64,000 nt of DNA from Ramazzottius varieornatus (GCA_001949185.1 BDGG01000002.1:6748448-6812447), one strand, 5' to 3'. Shown: positions 50,028 to 64,000, numbered from the stretch's first letter. Translations and numbers: made by a program. The notes: generated by a model not told the origin, from the letters alone.

Positions 50028-51401
50028 TAATTCTTCGTGAATAATTAATAATTTGAACTGACCTGGTAAATACTTGAATCCTATAATGCTCCCCTTCCCC
50101 CAAAGATTTCTACCGTCCCTTTGCTGGTCTTAGCGCACTTCCGGTCTGTCTTTAACGTTTCTTTTCGAGATGAAATTTCTGCAACAAAAAAGCATGTTGA
50201 ACAACTCAACTATCATAGCGAAGTTTCCAACTGTATTTTCACACCGTAGCTCCGAAGGAAATACAAACACCAGCGACGGTCGTATTCGAGCTTCCCTCGG
50301 TGTGGATTCTTTCAGCAGAGAATGCATTTTCTCTTCCATTGTCTCCACCTGAAACAGGGCAAGGCCGCAAGAGTAAACCAATAAGCAACAGCGATCGGTC
50401 TAAGGGTAATGAGGTAAATCAAAGCCAAGATATATCGGGCCCCATAATATATCTATAGCCCTATATGCCAGAGCCCATGGGCTTTGCATGGCATGGGTAA
50501 TGGCATGGCATGGGTAAACATTAAAGTGATGGATAAGCCTGGTCAGCGAAGACACGTAGCTCAGAAGAAAATTCCTTCTGTTTTGCCAGGCAGCTCAAGC
50601 GAAATTAATCAACAAGTAAACAGGCAGAGAGCAAAGCCATTAGCTCAACTCACCTGCATCGTCCACTCCCAGAAGAAGCTTTTTGTTCTTTCCCTATGAT
50701 GGAAAAGGTGTAAGCAGCGCCAGGACGACATGATGCACAGTACACAACACTACCACAACAACCGAACAGGCGAAACACTTCGTAAATTCGCGTTGGAAGA
50801 TCGCAGTCATCGCACACTGATTCAGACGAAGACTGCAACTTACCTCGTTGATACTTTTCTTATCACATGATCGAGTATGTCCCATTCCTGCGACGTTGTA
50901 AAGAAATTGATCGACAAAGTACTGGATGAGCAATCTAAGCTGTCGAAGGTGTCCTCTCCAACTCCATCAAGTCCATCCCCTTTGAGCAAACAGGTCGTTC
51001 CTATCCCGCCAAAAAACCACCTGCGCGGAGCTGCCCAGAAGACTAACTATCCAGATCCCAGAAGTACGGAAAGACGGGGGAGTGATCGAGCTTAGAGCCA
51101 GAAGGATCTCAAAACGGTCAACCAAGATCGGTAAGACAATTACTTAATGAAATTCGATTCGGCAACAAATTCCCGTGAACAAAAGCGATAAGTTTTCAGC
51201 GGGTTGTTATTCGAATTGATTGGACGATCCAGCAAATCCGGCAACCCGACAGAACGATTGAATACTGTGCTCAAATGATTAGTTGATTCGTGCGCCTGAC
51301 CGGCGGTAGGACCTGTGCCCCCAGAAGGAGCAAATCACACGTTTCCATTTTTCTGAAAATCTCCCACTCCAGGAGTGCTAACCTAAGCTCATGTTAGACT
51401 T

Positions 51402-51480
51402 ACTGATGTGCTGCTAAACAGCCCATTGCTGAGTTGATTGACAATCAACTCAGCAAAAGGCTGTTCAGAAGCTCATCAGT
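51402..51480. repeat. 79-bp near-perfect palindrome
   Basis: 39-nt arms around a single central A at 51441; 34/39 positions complementary. Confidence 0.85.
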
Positions 51481-54400
51481 GTGTTAGAGTGGTTTGGTTT
51501 GTGAGCCTGAATCTTAGGCTGAAATTTAGTATAGTCGACGTTCCTGGGTCTTGTGCTGTAAGTGGGTACGCATCCCAGTAAGAATGCCGGAGACTTCCGC
51601 CTACATTATTTTTCCACCCTTCTCCCCGTTAGCTTAGGAGAGAAGACGTTCTGACGGGCCCCTGGGACTTCCGATAGTCAGGGCAGTGGACACAGGGAGG
51701 AAGACGACATTTACGAAAAAGTAGCCGACGGATAAAGACCTGGCGGTAAAAGGATTGTCTACAGGTTCTTACTAACCTTAAGGCACGCTAATTAGCAAGT
51801 TGTTACTGTAGGTTGTTGTCCGCGGACAGGTTAATTATCGGGTGAATAGACCTGTAGCTATATACCTGAAACGGCCCTTTGCGAAAACTCTGCTTGCTTG
51901 CTTGTTTGTTTGTTGGTAGTGATTAAGGTCTCGTCGTGCGGAAATTGGATGGTCGATCATGACAAGCCCCGTCGCTGGTTGGCATCTTTGCAATTTACCC
52001 ACGAAATTTTGTGCACGAACATCTGCAGTTGGAACTCGAATATTCCGTGATATTATGTCAAAGGTTTTACAGGATCGTTTGCTTTTGCAGAGCTCGGACT
52101 GCGAGACTGTGAATCTGGATTAGCTAGAGCTCTCCATCAAACTGACAGGTAGGTGGATGACAATACTGTTCCGGAACCAAGTACCCTTCTAAGACAGGAA
52201 TTGAGGTTTTCCGAGTTTGCACAAGCGAACTTGTCTGTGTGTCAAGAGACTGGGTGCTAGTATCATGATCGACGCTGTGAAGATTTTAGATCAAGACTTT
52301 AGCAGCATCCGCCGGTTAATATCCACGGCTAAAGTTGTTTTCGAAGGCGAGTAGTTTGTGAGAACGGTACAAGGCAATGTCCGGCTGATTAGAAAGTCGA
52401 TGGTTTCGATGTCGCTTGATATGAATTGTGGCGCAGTGTTTTGCTCTGCTTGAGGGAGTGTAGGTCAAGGCAGCTATGACAGCCAGATAGATAGAGCAAC
52501 TAGATGGACATCAAGGTGTATCTGTTTGTCAAGAATTGTAAAAAACATGGCCGCTCAAACAGTTAACTCTGCCGGCCACGAATGCGTCTGCGTGAAACAC
52601 TTCTAAAGAGAGCAGACAGCTTGTTTTGAGAATTTCTTTCACAGCGGATGTGTACCACTAAGGCAACCATGGTTTTGTCCATCAAAAGCAAAACTTGCCG
52701 GACAACAACATGCGTCGCGTTGAAGCCATATGCGCTGCTGACCACAGCTCAAAGTATCGCCATCGGAAAAACGACATGGCGTCAATGGCGGACAGCCACA
52801 GTGTGTTCATCTAGGTTACTGCGGCAACAAAAAAATCCCCTCCTCATATAACAAACGCGAAATATTAGAACCCATGTTGTCAAGACCTTCATGCAGCGTA
52901 TTGATAGAATGATACTGTATTAATCTGTCTTCCGACCGAGCTCGAGACCGATCAAAAACTCGGAGACCCCGGAAGGTTGCCGAAAAGAATGCGGCGATCT
53001 TCGTGTTACTCACCGCGGTGAACTTATCTCTTCCAAATCCGAAGACCTCGCACAGCGGGAACTTAGCTTTTTAATGAGGAAACTATCGGCTTGTTGTGGG
53101 AGCTACGAAAACGGGTTCCCGGTTAGTCTAAGATGGACCGTAACCCAAGACTGTCTTCGATAGTAGAGCACCATAGTGTGGTCAGGTCACGCAGATTGTT
53201 TTCGCAAAGCGACAAAGTTTGCTCAGAAGTATTTGAGCCATTAAACGCATGTTTGCAACTTGGCGTCGGTGAGTAAAGTTTGAAATGTATGAGTTTTGGT
53301 TCTGCAGTTGCTGGCCGCGAGGAAATAAATCAGCTCGTATTGTTATTGCTCGACTACGTTAGTGACCAATGGCCGATCCGCTCCGTAGGTGATTATTGCC
53401 ACAACATTCAGCACTGACCAGGCAGAAAGCGCCGTGTAATACAGCAACGAGAGGGTATCGAAGTGTACTTTAATCTTTCAAATGTTACAGTCAACATCTG
53501 GCAGAACCAAGTTTAAAAAGTTTGCTGGCTTTTGTGCTTTTCTGCTTCTTTAGACCGCAGTTCATACGCAGCTTATGATGTACTAGTTTGGTTTCTCCTG
53601 CTCAGTGCGAAGCCATTTTCTGCTTTACAGCTGGTCGAATTGGAGTACCGATGCTGACAGCAAGGAATCGAAGAACCGAGACGAAAGAACCCTGAGGTAA
53701 GTGTTTGTCTAAACTACGTTTGCCGATCGAGAAGCACGGTTGTTGTTGGTCCGTCACTAAGTTTTTGTATCGCACAAGGCGTGACAATGCTGACAAGGTT
53801 GTTTTTCTTGTTGTATTGTTTGTATATGTTTGTTGTTACTCGTAAACAAAACATGTGCCCAGTTGTTCTGGTCAAGGTCTTCGCACGAGAAAGGCGGTGC
53901 CGTAACGGCTGCTGAATTTCTTCTAAGCTGGCTGGTGTGTACCGCTTTTGGGGCTTTTAAACCATTTCCGGATACCATGGCGAGGACCTCGCAGAAAACA
54001 TCGGTTTGGAAAATCACAGTAGGTGCGTCGAAGCGCCACTCATCTGAGCCAACGCAGCCGTAGCGTGTACTCTCCACGTTGTCTGCGTTTAGTTCGTGAT
54101 CTGGATACCATCTTGAATTTGTGTCAAAAAACACCTCAACTTGTTCGTGTTTGTGAACGCAAATTTGTAGGCCAGAACACGTGGCACTTTTGGCCGTTGC
54201 GGTGTTGTCGAGTTGTCTGTTGCACGCTTATAGTAGCGTTGCCGGAAGTAGTGTCGCCACCTGGGACCACATTGTACTCTGCTCAGTGTCACCTCGAAAA
54301 TTCTTTGGTATCTGTTGGAGGTCTCTGGCGATCAAAAGGTTTTTTATAGATGGCTGAGACCCAAGAAGTCTGAGAACTGGAGGAAATTTTGGGTCCGACT

Positions 54401-57277
54401 AACGCCAGACAGTGAGAACGGCGTAGAGGGAATCTAGGTCTGGCAGGCTCTTGGTTCGTTATGACCTTATGCTTTTCGTTGTATAGCTTATTTGGAAGTT
54501 TGTTGTTGACACTAATGCATTACGGTCAGTGCTGAGCTGACAGGATGGAGGGGACTCGTAATGGCACATCGCCTCCATCAACTGCACACAGTTTGTGATG
54601 AATGAAAAGGGAGGGAAATGGGAACAGCTTCGGCGTATCATGTGTACTGCAAACCGTGGCAGTAATTGTTTTGAGTGAAAATATTGGTTGTGGCGTGTTT
54701 ACACGCTTTCTAAAACTGCAAGATGTGTCTACGTGCGATGGTTCGACCGGATTGAAAGCTCCGTTAGGCAGCAAAATCGATTATTGCACTTGCTTACTAG
54801 TGTTCCGCATCGCCAATAGTCTCTCCGACATGCAGGCTTGCTTGCCTTACTGTGAAATCCTGTCTCCACTTTTACAATAACAAGCCTTGTTTATCCCGTC
54901 TCATCAACAGTTTAGTCCTGTTCCCGACTGGAGGCGCCATGAATTGGTTCATTTCTCTGCCGAATTTCGAGTGGACACTATTCTGTCGTGGTTCACTGTG
55001 CGGTGAAAAGTTTGGCGGAGCTGTACTGGGTCCCCGATAGACGGCGCTCAAACGGTATGGAAAACTTCTATTCTTTCTTCCCTGATGCTCACTTTTTGTA
55101 ATGTTACATAAAATAGTTCTGGGTAGTATCGAGGTTCGATCTTGTTCAAATCTTCTACGGGGTAGGGAGCCAAACCAGTGGAATGGAGAAAGGGTGGCGT
55201 GGTCTTGAGACGAGGTCCAGAGACAGCCGGCTGGTTATTTTGGCCCCGCCATCAACCGGCGACACTTGAACAGTTATGGGCCTGTTGTGGCTTGTTATCG
55301 ATGAGATACGATGTTTACCGACATTTTGCCAAACTGACTTGGGAGTTGTTTTGCTTGTTGGTGATAGAAAGTGCAAGATAAGCCGGTTTCGAGAGGGCTG
55401 AAGGCAAACAGGACAGCGGGCAGAATTTTTGATAGGGTTGGCCTAGAGGCGGCATTTTTGCCGGAACCGTACTTCCACGTCGTCACTGACAGAAGGCACT
55501 TGAAAACTTATGATGGTGAAACGAGTCTGCAGCCTGACGTTCGTAAACAGCAATAATTATAAGTCGTGCCCGAGTTGCTAGTCGGGTAGTCGAAAATAAA
55601 TACCACGAGGCAACTTTAGAAATTTTACACAAAACAGTCAGAAGCACGCAGATGTTTTCTGAAAATTATAGGGAAGAAATAAGAGGGCCAAAATATGATA
55701 TTATTTTATGAAGGGAAGTAAGCTTTGGGATCGAGAATAGTAGAAAGATGGAAGGACCCAAGAAGAGCAACCGGGAATGTTTTGCCAAGTCGATGATGAT
55801 GTTGCACATACAGGGTGGAAGAAGGGTGTCGTAGTTTGTTATTGGGATGCAGCGAAGGCAATTGACGAGGAGCGATCGAGAGGCTGTTTTCGAAAGGAAG
55901 AGTTTGTGTTTAAAGTGTGGCCGGGGCGGAAAATTCGTGGGATAAAACTGGGATTCATTGGGTTGTTGACAGAGGCTAGAGCAATAGGTATTGATCGATT
56001 ACTGACGGCCTGGTGTTGTTTGTTCTGTCTGCTCCGCTGTAGCCAGGATGCCATGCATTTATGCATGGATGCTGGCCCTGCATGGTTGCCGTGAGCCATG
56101 TGAAGTGGTTTTCCCTGCGTCACTATAAACATCGGCACTGGATAAACACTGGACAAATTCCGATAAAACTGTTGTGCCATTAGTGCCATCGCCAGTTCCA
56201 GCAAAGGTCTCTCAGTTGTTGTTCAGGCTCCTTTGCCTTGCAAGCTTATCCCTCTTAGCGCATGCACAGTCTTCTTGCAGTCCATCACCCAGGTTCCCGG
56301 AAGTTTACTGTTCAGTGTGTTACTCTGAAAGCCAGAACCGCATACTTGTCCTTAGAGACCGGCGAGAGTATTCGGCCTTACGATACGGTTTCCGAAAGAC
56401 TCGAATTCGGTAAGGGTATGGACATTTGTCTTTCAGAAACATTCGGCTTTCCGGAACGGCGATTCAGTTTGGCATAAATCCACTTCTTTGAAGAGCGGTG
56501 TTCTGGTCCCACGTCTTATTGTGTGGGTAGAATGCTACCATGTCCTTCGGTTGTTGTTGTCTGAATAAAACACATCATTAGTGCAAAGTAAGGGTCGGGT
56601 TACTGCACGTGAATCGCTCGGCGAAATTGTATATGCTCGTTTGTTGATGTTGTTTTGCTAATATATGTCGCTATTGGGTTGCTGCATATTTTTCCGCTGA
56701 CGACGGTACGAGCTAGAGTAGTAGCCCTTCCGTTCTTCTGGTGCAAAATTTCAGCAAGGATTTTAGCCGTGTTTGCCTTTACATGTCCGCCTGTGGGAAA
56801 TGTTGAAGCTGAAATCTTAGGGGGATTATTGGGATATGACCAAGATACGGACACCGTCTTGCTTGCTCCCTAGTGTTTTCTTCTTACACTAGAACTCTAT
56901 CAGATTATGAATAGATTTACCAAACAAGTGGATCGCAGTGGCTGATTTACGATTTGGCTACATGGTTCGAAGTGTGGGGAACCCCAGCTGTTGTTTGCGC
57001 TGGGGCTTCGTTCGTGGGGGCCGGTCGCCCGTATGATGTTTGCCTCCATTAGATTGCATAATCACGAGCTGACAAGGTTAAGCGATAAGAGGGAATTGTT
57101 TGTTTGTTGCCTGTCCAGTCTCAACGTCTCGCTCGCATATTATCTTGTTGTCGTCGCCGTAAACCTGTAAACACTAATTTTCTTTTCGTTATAGGTTTTC
57201 GATCTAGTGGATGACTTTGATGCAGCTGTAAGCAGCCACATTGCCCACGGAAATACCTATTTTGTCTCGCAGCCATA

Positions 57278-60200
57278 ATGTCTGAGCGCGGTCGCGATCG
57301 CAGCGCCGCCCGAAGTACCCCGGACCGTCTACCGTACTCCCTCAGCACTACGCCAAGTTCGACGTCAAGTTTGGTGAACGCTTTGGTCAAGAACGCCGCA
57401 GCAAGCCTTCTCAATGGAAACTACGATCGAGAAAGAAATGGACGCGAGTCTGCGCATTCGTTAGGCTCCGAACGCGAGGTAGGATAATCACGCCCATTCG
57501 GTTCTTCAATCTAATACGCACATGTACGTTACCGGAAGAACCAGACGTTATTTTCAGTAATCAGTAATCAGGATATGCTAATCGATAGTCCGCATACACA
57601 TAGATTTAGCGCTGTTTTCTAAGAGCGTGTTCGAAGCTGTGTAGTCTGGTCTGGAACAGAGATCCGTTAGGAGAGGTTGGGTCACGAAGGAGCCTTTTCC
57701 CGTAATCGGGCAAGTGACTAGGAAACCCAGCTCCACATAAGGTAGAAAATGTAATTAGCCCAGGGACATCCGCTGGAAGTCCCAGCAAACGTCCGTGTCA
57801 ACAAAACAGCAGCCTAGTCATTTCCGGAGAGGGCGGAAGGATAAACTTGTTGGGAGCCGACTTTCGTGCTTCTTGAAAGAGCTCGCCTTTGAAATTGTAA
57901 ACAGTCTTAGTGGCGTTACATGGAATGGGGAGCCTTTCAAGAACGCAGCCGTTGAAGGGATTGTTTTTCCATCTGATGGAAGTGCGTGCGGCATGTAGTT
58001 GGCTGCATTTGAGGCTTTCTAAATACCATAATCTAAATTGGGAAGAGCTAGGATAAGCAAAATGTGGATGGAAGGGAAGTGGAATCGATAAACAAGCAAG
58101 GCAGAGCAAGGAGACAGGCTGTGTGGAGTTTGGCAAGCTGTCGTGCTCGGCGCACCCTTTCCTCACTGGGAAGCTCTGTACACAAAACTGCTTGCATCAA
58201 CATTGCACCATCGGCAAACGTAAATACGAGCTTACGTTTACAGTAGGTAGAAAGACGTAAGCTTTGCCGCCATCGAAAGCTGGAGTCAACGTAAACAGGT
58301 TCGAGGTCTTGAATCCAAGACCCGAAGAAAATTTTGTCCTAGATTATATCGAACATTGAGATTAGTTCCATCTTAAAATTGTAAAATAGTCCAACAGTTT
58401 CGATTCTTTGATAGTTTTTCTGAAACTGTAATACAGTAATTTGGTTGGCGTTAGATAAGGTTCCATAAAATTTTCTGCAAACGATCGACAAGTAAAACAA
58501 CGCGGATGTCTCTCGGGTACGTAGTGCTAATTTGGGCTTGAAGACGAACCCGCAATTGACTGCGGTTCGTTCGATGAGACGCTAAAAATGTTGTTGATGA
58601 GGGCAGATCGACTGTCATTTTTTGGGGCTGACAAGATTGCCGACATGAGCCATGAGGGGATGGTACAGTGCGGTAGTTTGTTTTGACCGCAAGATGCAAT
58701 ACACTTTAGCGTATGTACAAAGTGCAGCAACCCGCAAGCTGGGCCTTATCAGAAGTCCTCGGGTCCCGAAGCCGCTAATGCGCGGTATCGGACGTTCCTT
58801 TGCCGAGACAGCAGAAAGGAGCCGAATCATCACAACTGCATATATCTACGCACTTTTAATGCGCAAAATGTTTGTTTTGCATCTCGTACACAGCAACAGT
58901 CTTGTGTCATATTGATTTGCATGCGGGCATCCTCGTCAGCATAGGCAAATTGCAGTACTAGCGCGCACTGTAGCATCGAGTCCCACCGGAATGCTTCTAC
59001 TCAACAGCCTTTCTTTTTGATGTTTAGAAATCAAGAAACAGTTCGTCAACTGTCGGGAGCTCGTCGACCGCGGCGGTGCCGGGAGGTATGCTGGATGCGG
59101 CCACCGCATCCAATCTACTCCAGTTTAACCCATTGTTTATGGCAGCTGCGGGGATGAATGTCAATTCTACCGTTGGAAACCCTCAGCTGCAACAAATCAT
59201 GCAACAGATGTCGCCACAACAAATGCAACTTATGCAACAGCAGTATTTGATGCTCCAACAGGTACTACGTTCTCGTATTCGAAATATCAGCAAACTCAGC
59301 CTATCTGTTTGGACTGCCACTGTTTCCATCTAATTCTGTGTAACCTTCTGTTTCCTTTTCACAGGAGCATCTCCTTCAGTCCGCGGTTGCTTCAGCGGCG
59401 GGAGACAAGAGTCCATCCAGCAGCCGAGACCAGCTGGCACAACAACTGGCATTTCAGCAGCAGTATTTCCTTCAGCAATTACAACAAGCACGATACTTCG
59501 TGCCTGGTGCTTCTCCCTTTATGTTTCCCACCGGAAGTGCAGCAGGTAAGGATGTTTCTCCATGTTTAGAGCCTGCTGATGTCTTTCGCTGTCAAGTTGT
59601 TTTCGAATGTTGTTATGAGTGAGCATTTTCGTGGCAGAATCGTCGAGCTCATCGACGTCGAGGGACTCTTCATCCAGTATAAAGAACGACCCACGCGGGG
59701 ACAGCGAGGACAGCAAGTACCCCATCAGTTCATCGAGCTCCTCGAGCTCGTCGCCAGCCGTAAAATACTTGTACGGACACGGTGTCTGTCGGTGGCTGGG
59801 ATGCGAAACGCCATTCGAGAATACGACAGCTTTTAGCAAGTAAGGCAATTACGTCGAGTGTTGATGTAGTGCGGCATCGCTTGCAAAGGTTAAAACAACA
59901 CAGCTGATGCTTCTTTCTAAACTTGGTGGTTTCAGTAGCTCGGTAATTGCAGGCACTTGAACAAGGAGCACGGCCTAGACGACCGCAGTACCGCCTCCAC
60001 CAGAGTGCAAATTCAAGTTGTCTCTCAGCTTGAAGTCCAACTGCAGAAAGAAAAGGATCGTCTGGACGCAATGTTGTCCCATCTCCACATGAAGCCCGAT
60101 GACGTTGCTCTGATCGGAGCCAGCGAGACCATCGTTAAAGATGAAACGGAATCTGTAAGCCTTCGTGCAACCCTTGCCTGTCCGGTTAGGCACTAAACAC

Positions 60201-61525
60201 TGATTTCTTACTTTTATTTAGAATTCTCCCACCAGCACCCCGCCCAAGGTCACGCCCTCCCTCTTTGGATTACCTCTTTATTTCCTCGGAAATGGATCCC
60301 AACATTCCCCTACCACCACTCCTACAAGCCAAATTTCCAGCGCTTCGCGCGACCGACAGCCTTCGCAGCCGTCCCCGCCCAGTATGGCTTGCAATAGCCA
60401 GCGATCTCCCAGTCCTTCCGGTCTAGCTATACGACGCCGTGTATCCGATAAAGCCAACCTTCCCATCGCTGCAGGTAAAAGTGCCGATCTTATAGAGTGA
60501 GCATCTACTGTGTAGCGCCTTCTGTACGCAACTCTAACGTTCTGTTTTTACCAGATCTAGAAAGGAATCGAGAATTGTATCGCACAAGCCATGTTAGACC
60601 TCCATACACCTATGCATCTCTCATCCGACAAGCCATCATCGAAAGCCCGGAAAGACAGCTGACCCTGAACGAAATTTACATGTGGTTCCAAACCACCTTT
60701 GCGTACTTCCGGAAGAACGCGGCAACGTGGAAGGTATGCTGCATAGCTCACACAGACTATCTTTCGGAGTGCCGCTACTGAACTTTTATCATTTCTACAG
60801 AACGCAGTGAGGCATAATCTAAGCCTGCACAAATGCTTCGCGCGTGTAGAAAATGTCAAAGGCGCTGTATGGACCGTGGACGAGGAAGAGTTCTTCAAGC
60901 GACGACCACAGCGTATTCCCAGGTAAAACAGTTTAGTTCGAATCTTTCATTGTACAGTACACTAGTCTAATCATTTCGTTCGTCACAGTGCGAAGCCGTA
61001 CTCAATGTCGGGTAGTATGCCTGGAATGCCGGTGACCATGTACGGCGAACCATACAGTAGTGGCACCGGTACGAGTACCCCGGAACCGATGGCTGATGCG
61101 GACAGTTCACCGCAGGACTACTCCAATGGGTCGTTCGCCCGTACGGCTCCCTTCAAGAAGCAACATCAGTTTGATATGCATCCTGGAGTAGGCAGTGGGA
61201 AGGTTGAGATAATCGATGCCGATCGAGCAGGTGATCAAAGGTTCCCCGGTGGTGGAAGGTGAGAACGGGAGGAGGACTTAGTTTCATCTCATAGCCAAAT
61301 TACTTTTGAAATAACAAGGTGATATGTTTTATTAATAGTTTGACGGGCTCGGATGGCATGGATGCCGACGAAGCTTCTGACGAGTACCGTGATTACGCCG
61401 ATAATATAAGCGACGAAGAGAACGACGACCCTCCTGCCGCGGCTGAACGTGACCGCCCGTATGACGAAGATGTAGCGGAGAACGGGAGCTTCGACAGAAG
61501 ACTGACCGTAAAGGAAGAAGCATGA
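57278..61525 (+). CDS. FoxP: FoxP transcription factor (Q-rich region, C2H2 finger/leucine zipper, forkhead), multi-exon
   Basis: [13 protein letters not shown]...[42 protein letters not shown]; forkhead [14 protein letters not shown]...[12 protein letters not shown]|[28 protein letters not shown]; C-terminal VKEE. An upstream coding exon (56262-56410) is frame-compatible but unproven. Confidence 0.96.
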
Positions 61526-62326
61526 AGTCGGACTGATAGCGCGCTATACAGTAGTATTGTTTTTTGTTTGGGTATTTCTTCAGTCTGACTATGTCCCTTC
61601 TTTTGTTGTGCTGTGCAAACCTCCAAAGTATTATTCTTTCATTTTCTCCATCCCGTATCTTTGAATTTTGGTACGTGTTTTACGGTGCGATACGGTACGA
61701 ATGTTTGCGCCTCTGTGACGACGGCGGTCATATGTGGCTTCTTGGTTACAATACCTTCCCGTAAAGTGTAACTTCCTCCGTCGATACTACGAAGCATCGG
61801 TGCGGCAAACTTGTGACATTGGGTTCTTGACGACCATAGATCGCTAATGAGCTTCGTACGTAGAGTAATGAGAAACAAGAAGGCTGAAACTGAAATCCAC
61901 AAAGCTTAGACTATATAGCTAATCAGGTTTGAAGCCACAGCAGAATGCATGATTATGGACAAGGCCGAACCGTCTGAAGGAAATGAAAAACAAAAAGTCT
62001 AGACAGAGCCACTACAGGCACACTTTTATCGTAAAGACTTAAAAGCTCTGATAAATGCTCGAATACTAGTTTTACAGGTTACGTTCAGGCCTGCTGACAA
62101 ACTCGAGAGAGACGTTGACAAGAAGCCACATCGATCCATCGAGCTAATCATCACACATCACCAAGACATGGAACTGAGAACAGGCAGTGTACTAAGCAAA
62201 GAAAAAGCAACGCTCATCTAAGAAAACATCCCCGAAAGGCTGGTACGAGTAATCTAATTCCTTTCGTCTACCATACTCGAGATCGTTGGGGAACTCTTCC
62301 TTATTGCAGAGCGTTCTCTTCCGCGT

Positions 62327-63802
62327 TCATACTTCTAGTTTCTTAGAGAGATTCAGAGGCTGCTCTGAATCGCTACTGCTGACCATTGCTGACGAAGGTC
62401 TCTTTGCGGGCAGCGTGAAAGCCCCTGATGGAGAAGGAATGGGTGAAGAAGCGGTGGAAGAATGTGAGAACGAGGTGGACTCCGACGAAGGTTGTGAGGT
62501 CCGCGTTTCAGTCTGAAGTGGATGCATGGATGAAAACGCCAGTGGCGCCATCCTCGCCTGTAAACATGCAACATGGTGAGTGATCGGTTCGTTGTATTCT
62601 AGGGAGATGGTCTATGTCACCTGTGCCATTTGCATGTATGCCATTTGAGACATGTCGAACGAAGAAGGATAGAGGCTTATTCCGCTAATTTGGTGTTGTA
62701 ACGACCGCACGTCTTGTGGATGATAAAAGGAAGGAACAAAAGAAAAGGGAGATGCTTTGGAATTGAATGCTGAACCAGCCATGGCGGCCACTGCTGCCGG
62801 CATCATCCCGGCGTGTGGCGAGATGCCATAGCCGAAGTAATTGTTGGGAAAAGGTAAATGCGTGGCCGACATGGCAGAGGTCGAGGTGAAGGAAGCTTGA
62901 CTGTGACTGGTGGTGCTGTCGGGCTTAAGAGCTGCTTGTAATCGAGTTGTCGAGGTTTGTGCTGCTACTTCGTCCTTGGTAGGTTGAAGGTCTTTGCTCA
63001 TGGGCGAAGGAGCCGGACTGTCTTGTACAGGTTCCGTTGTGCTGTCCGCCCGTGCTAACGACTCGGACTCGCTCCTTCGGGCTGCCCGAAACTTTTTGTG
63101 CGTTCGGTATAATTCCGCATATATTTCCGAAGGCGGTGCTAAAGGCGGCGCTTGTAGCGCCTTCTTTAGTACCGGCGTATCACATTCCACGGGTGCTGCT
63201 TTTGAATCTGCAAAAATTAAAAGTATTATTCGCAATCCAGAAAACATAAATTCTCGAGATGAGGTCGAGTTCAGAAGTTGCATTATTTCTGCGTTGTACA
63301 ATTTGAAGTAACCCCAGCAAAATGTCCTTACCGTTTTCGCTACGGCGTCGTTTTTCCACTTCACTTTCCAAGTCGAATCTGCAATCGCTGCCGCTTTCAA
63401 CTCCAGAGTCAGCAGCACGTGTGGTCTCCGAAGACGAACAACTCGTGGGAGACCTTGAATTGGGCGAGGAACTTTCACATCGTCCAAAAGATGAATTTGG
63501 ACTATCCGCTGCTTCCACGAGGGTCCTCGGTTGCAGCCATCTCTTGGCCACTCGATTAGCCGCGCCACTGAGCGCAGGGTTGATGGACGACAGTGCGGCC
63601 ACATTACACGCTTCCATCTTGCATCCAAGAAGCTTCTCGGAATGTAGCGTGTTCAATGTGCGCAAATCAGGGATCTTGCGGAGTACTTGGGCGTAAAAAT
63701 CCGGTTGATGTCGATGGTTACGGGCCAGCAAGCGTTCAAGACACTGTTTCATCGCATCTTGCAGCTTGCCGACCAATTCCACACTGCGCAAACCAGGCCG
63801 AT
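62327..63802 (-). CDS. E75: Nuclear receptor E75 (NR1D3), 3' exons only (end of LBD + F domain); gene continues beyond the window
   Basis: DRPGLR...IPDLRTLNTLHSEKLL (includes the heme-ligand His position); E75 F-domain motifs DSGVESG, PVLKKALQAPPL, HKKFRA, QPLNLSKK. Confidence 0.92.
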
Positions 63803-64000
63803 CTGTAAAGGGAATCAAGGTCTCATCAACCGTAACACGCGCAGCAGGTAACGGCGAAAGAAAACATTAAGTGAAATTCAAGACGTAATTGTGGTCAAGG
63901 ATCCCCACAAACTACAGAGTGAAGGTAACAGCCACCACCACAAGGTTAAATGGCTCGATTGGCGATGTAGGACTGGGAGGCCGGCTCTCAGTGAAAACAC

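Noticed and set aside
50430-50520. atggc/atgggta micro-repeats and a short palindrome
   Set aside because: Too short and degenerate to assign
21823-61525. Neural gene cluster (nito, Nrg, DLK, FoxP)
   Set aside because: Co-location in a compact genome is not evidence of co-regulation without synteny data
1-64000. tRNA, rRNA or transposase genes
   Set aside because: GTTCGA hits (e.g. 26040, 45700, 55134) lack cloverleaf arms, and no transposase or reverse-transcriptase motifs appear in the ORF track

Overview
Eukaryotic (animal) DNA from a compact genome with mostly short (~55-100 nt) GT-AG introns. The gene set, intron size and base composition suggest a tardigrade-like ecdysozoan (inference only). 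Nine spliced genes were rebuilt by hand: a PLAT-domain lipoxygenase (-), an ADAMTS9/GON-1-like metalloprotease (-), spenito/RBM15 (-), a PITP (-), neuroglian/L1CAM (-), a small tail-less acidic histone-H3-fold gene that the ORF track misses (+), DLK/wallenda MAP3K (+), FoxP (+), and the 3' part of nuclear receptor E75 (-). The two most notable signals are (1) the tail-less H3-like gene at 42409-42772, which has lost its H3-H3' tetramerisation residues, and (2) a dispersed ~110-bp palindromic element (CAAGTGGCGCAC-N25-GTGCGCCACTTG) in nine full copies, eight of them intronic and eight with an exactly 25-nt loop. Several genes carry unusual motif changes: an R-type, possibly myristoylated LOX; WIGQY for FIGQY in neuroglian; a GON-less ADAMTS; and altered PITP headgroup residues. 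No tRNA, rRNA, CRISPR array or autonomous transposon was seen. All exon models and alignments are by eye; no database searches were run.
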